Source of the DNA: Nitrospirales bacterium
GTDB lineage: Bacteria > Nitrospirota > Nitrospiria > Nitrospirales > UBA8639
NCBI GenBank assembly: GCA_965203295.1
Contig: CBDBCZ010000019.1
Coordinates: 2,768,051 to 2,832,050, forward strand
Direction: 5' to 3'
DNA length: 64,000 bases
Below the pieces are notes generated by a model that did not search any database, was not told the DNA's origin, and was given only the letters and a program-made list of their open reading frames with translations. A program made the translations under genes and the position numbers. Shown piece after piece: positions 63,955-64,000 of this stretch (position 1 is the first letter of the stretch; each line of letters begins with the position of its first letter).

Positions 63955-64000
63955 AGGATTAGAGGCCCTTCTTCCCGCTCAAGGTCATGTTTCGGGTGGA
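63932..64000 (+). CDS. parB: ParB/Spo0J N-terminus (runs off the window)
   Basis: MQKKALGKGLEALLPAQGHVSGG, the LGKGL ParA-activating peptide. Confidence 0.85.
   Translation, partial: MQKKALGKGLEALLPAQGHVSGG

Overview
Bacterial chromosome window containing the replication origin. The gene style (archaeal-type PheRS, DsrE-like genes near dnaA) suggests a Nitrospirales-like organism; this is inferred, not tested. From about 17.4 kb onward the window is mostly housekeeping: gmhA, gpsA, larB/larC, pdxA, rpe, pheST, rplT-rpmI-infC-thrS, tRNA-Val, mfd, smpB, gyrA-gyrB-dnaN-dnaA, oriC, hisS, rpmH-rnpA-yidD-yidC-mnmE-mnmG-rsmG-parA-parB, and two parS sites. The first 17.3 kb is accessory: a broken hypF, a toxin-antitoxin pair with a dead toxin, a decayed amino-acid symporter and IS remnants, followed by a ~12 kb island. 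The island combines a thiazole-type RiPP cluster (58-aa precursor with a CCCC core, E1-like/leader-binding protein, YcaO, SagB-like dehydrogenase) with a TonB-dependent receptor, a periplasmic binding protein, a histidine kinase, a receiver protein and a sigma54 activator. Three island promoters share the same architecture: a tandem GTATCT-N4-AGATAC pair 22 bp apart, followed by a sigma54 -24/-12 box. This suggests a peptide-signal autoinduction circuit. Many non-essential genes are disrupted by nonsense codons, deletions and short tandem duplications, consistent with a genome in early decay.
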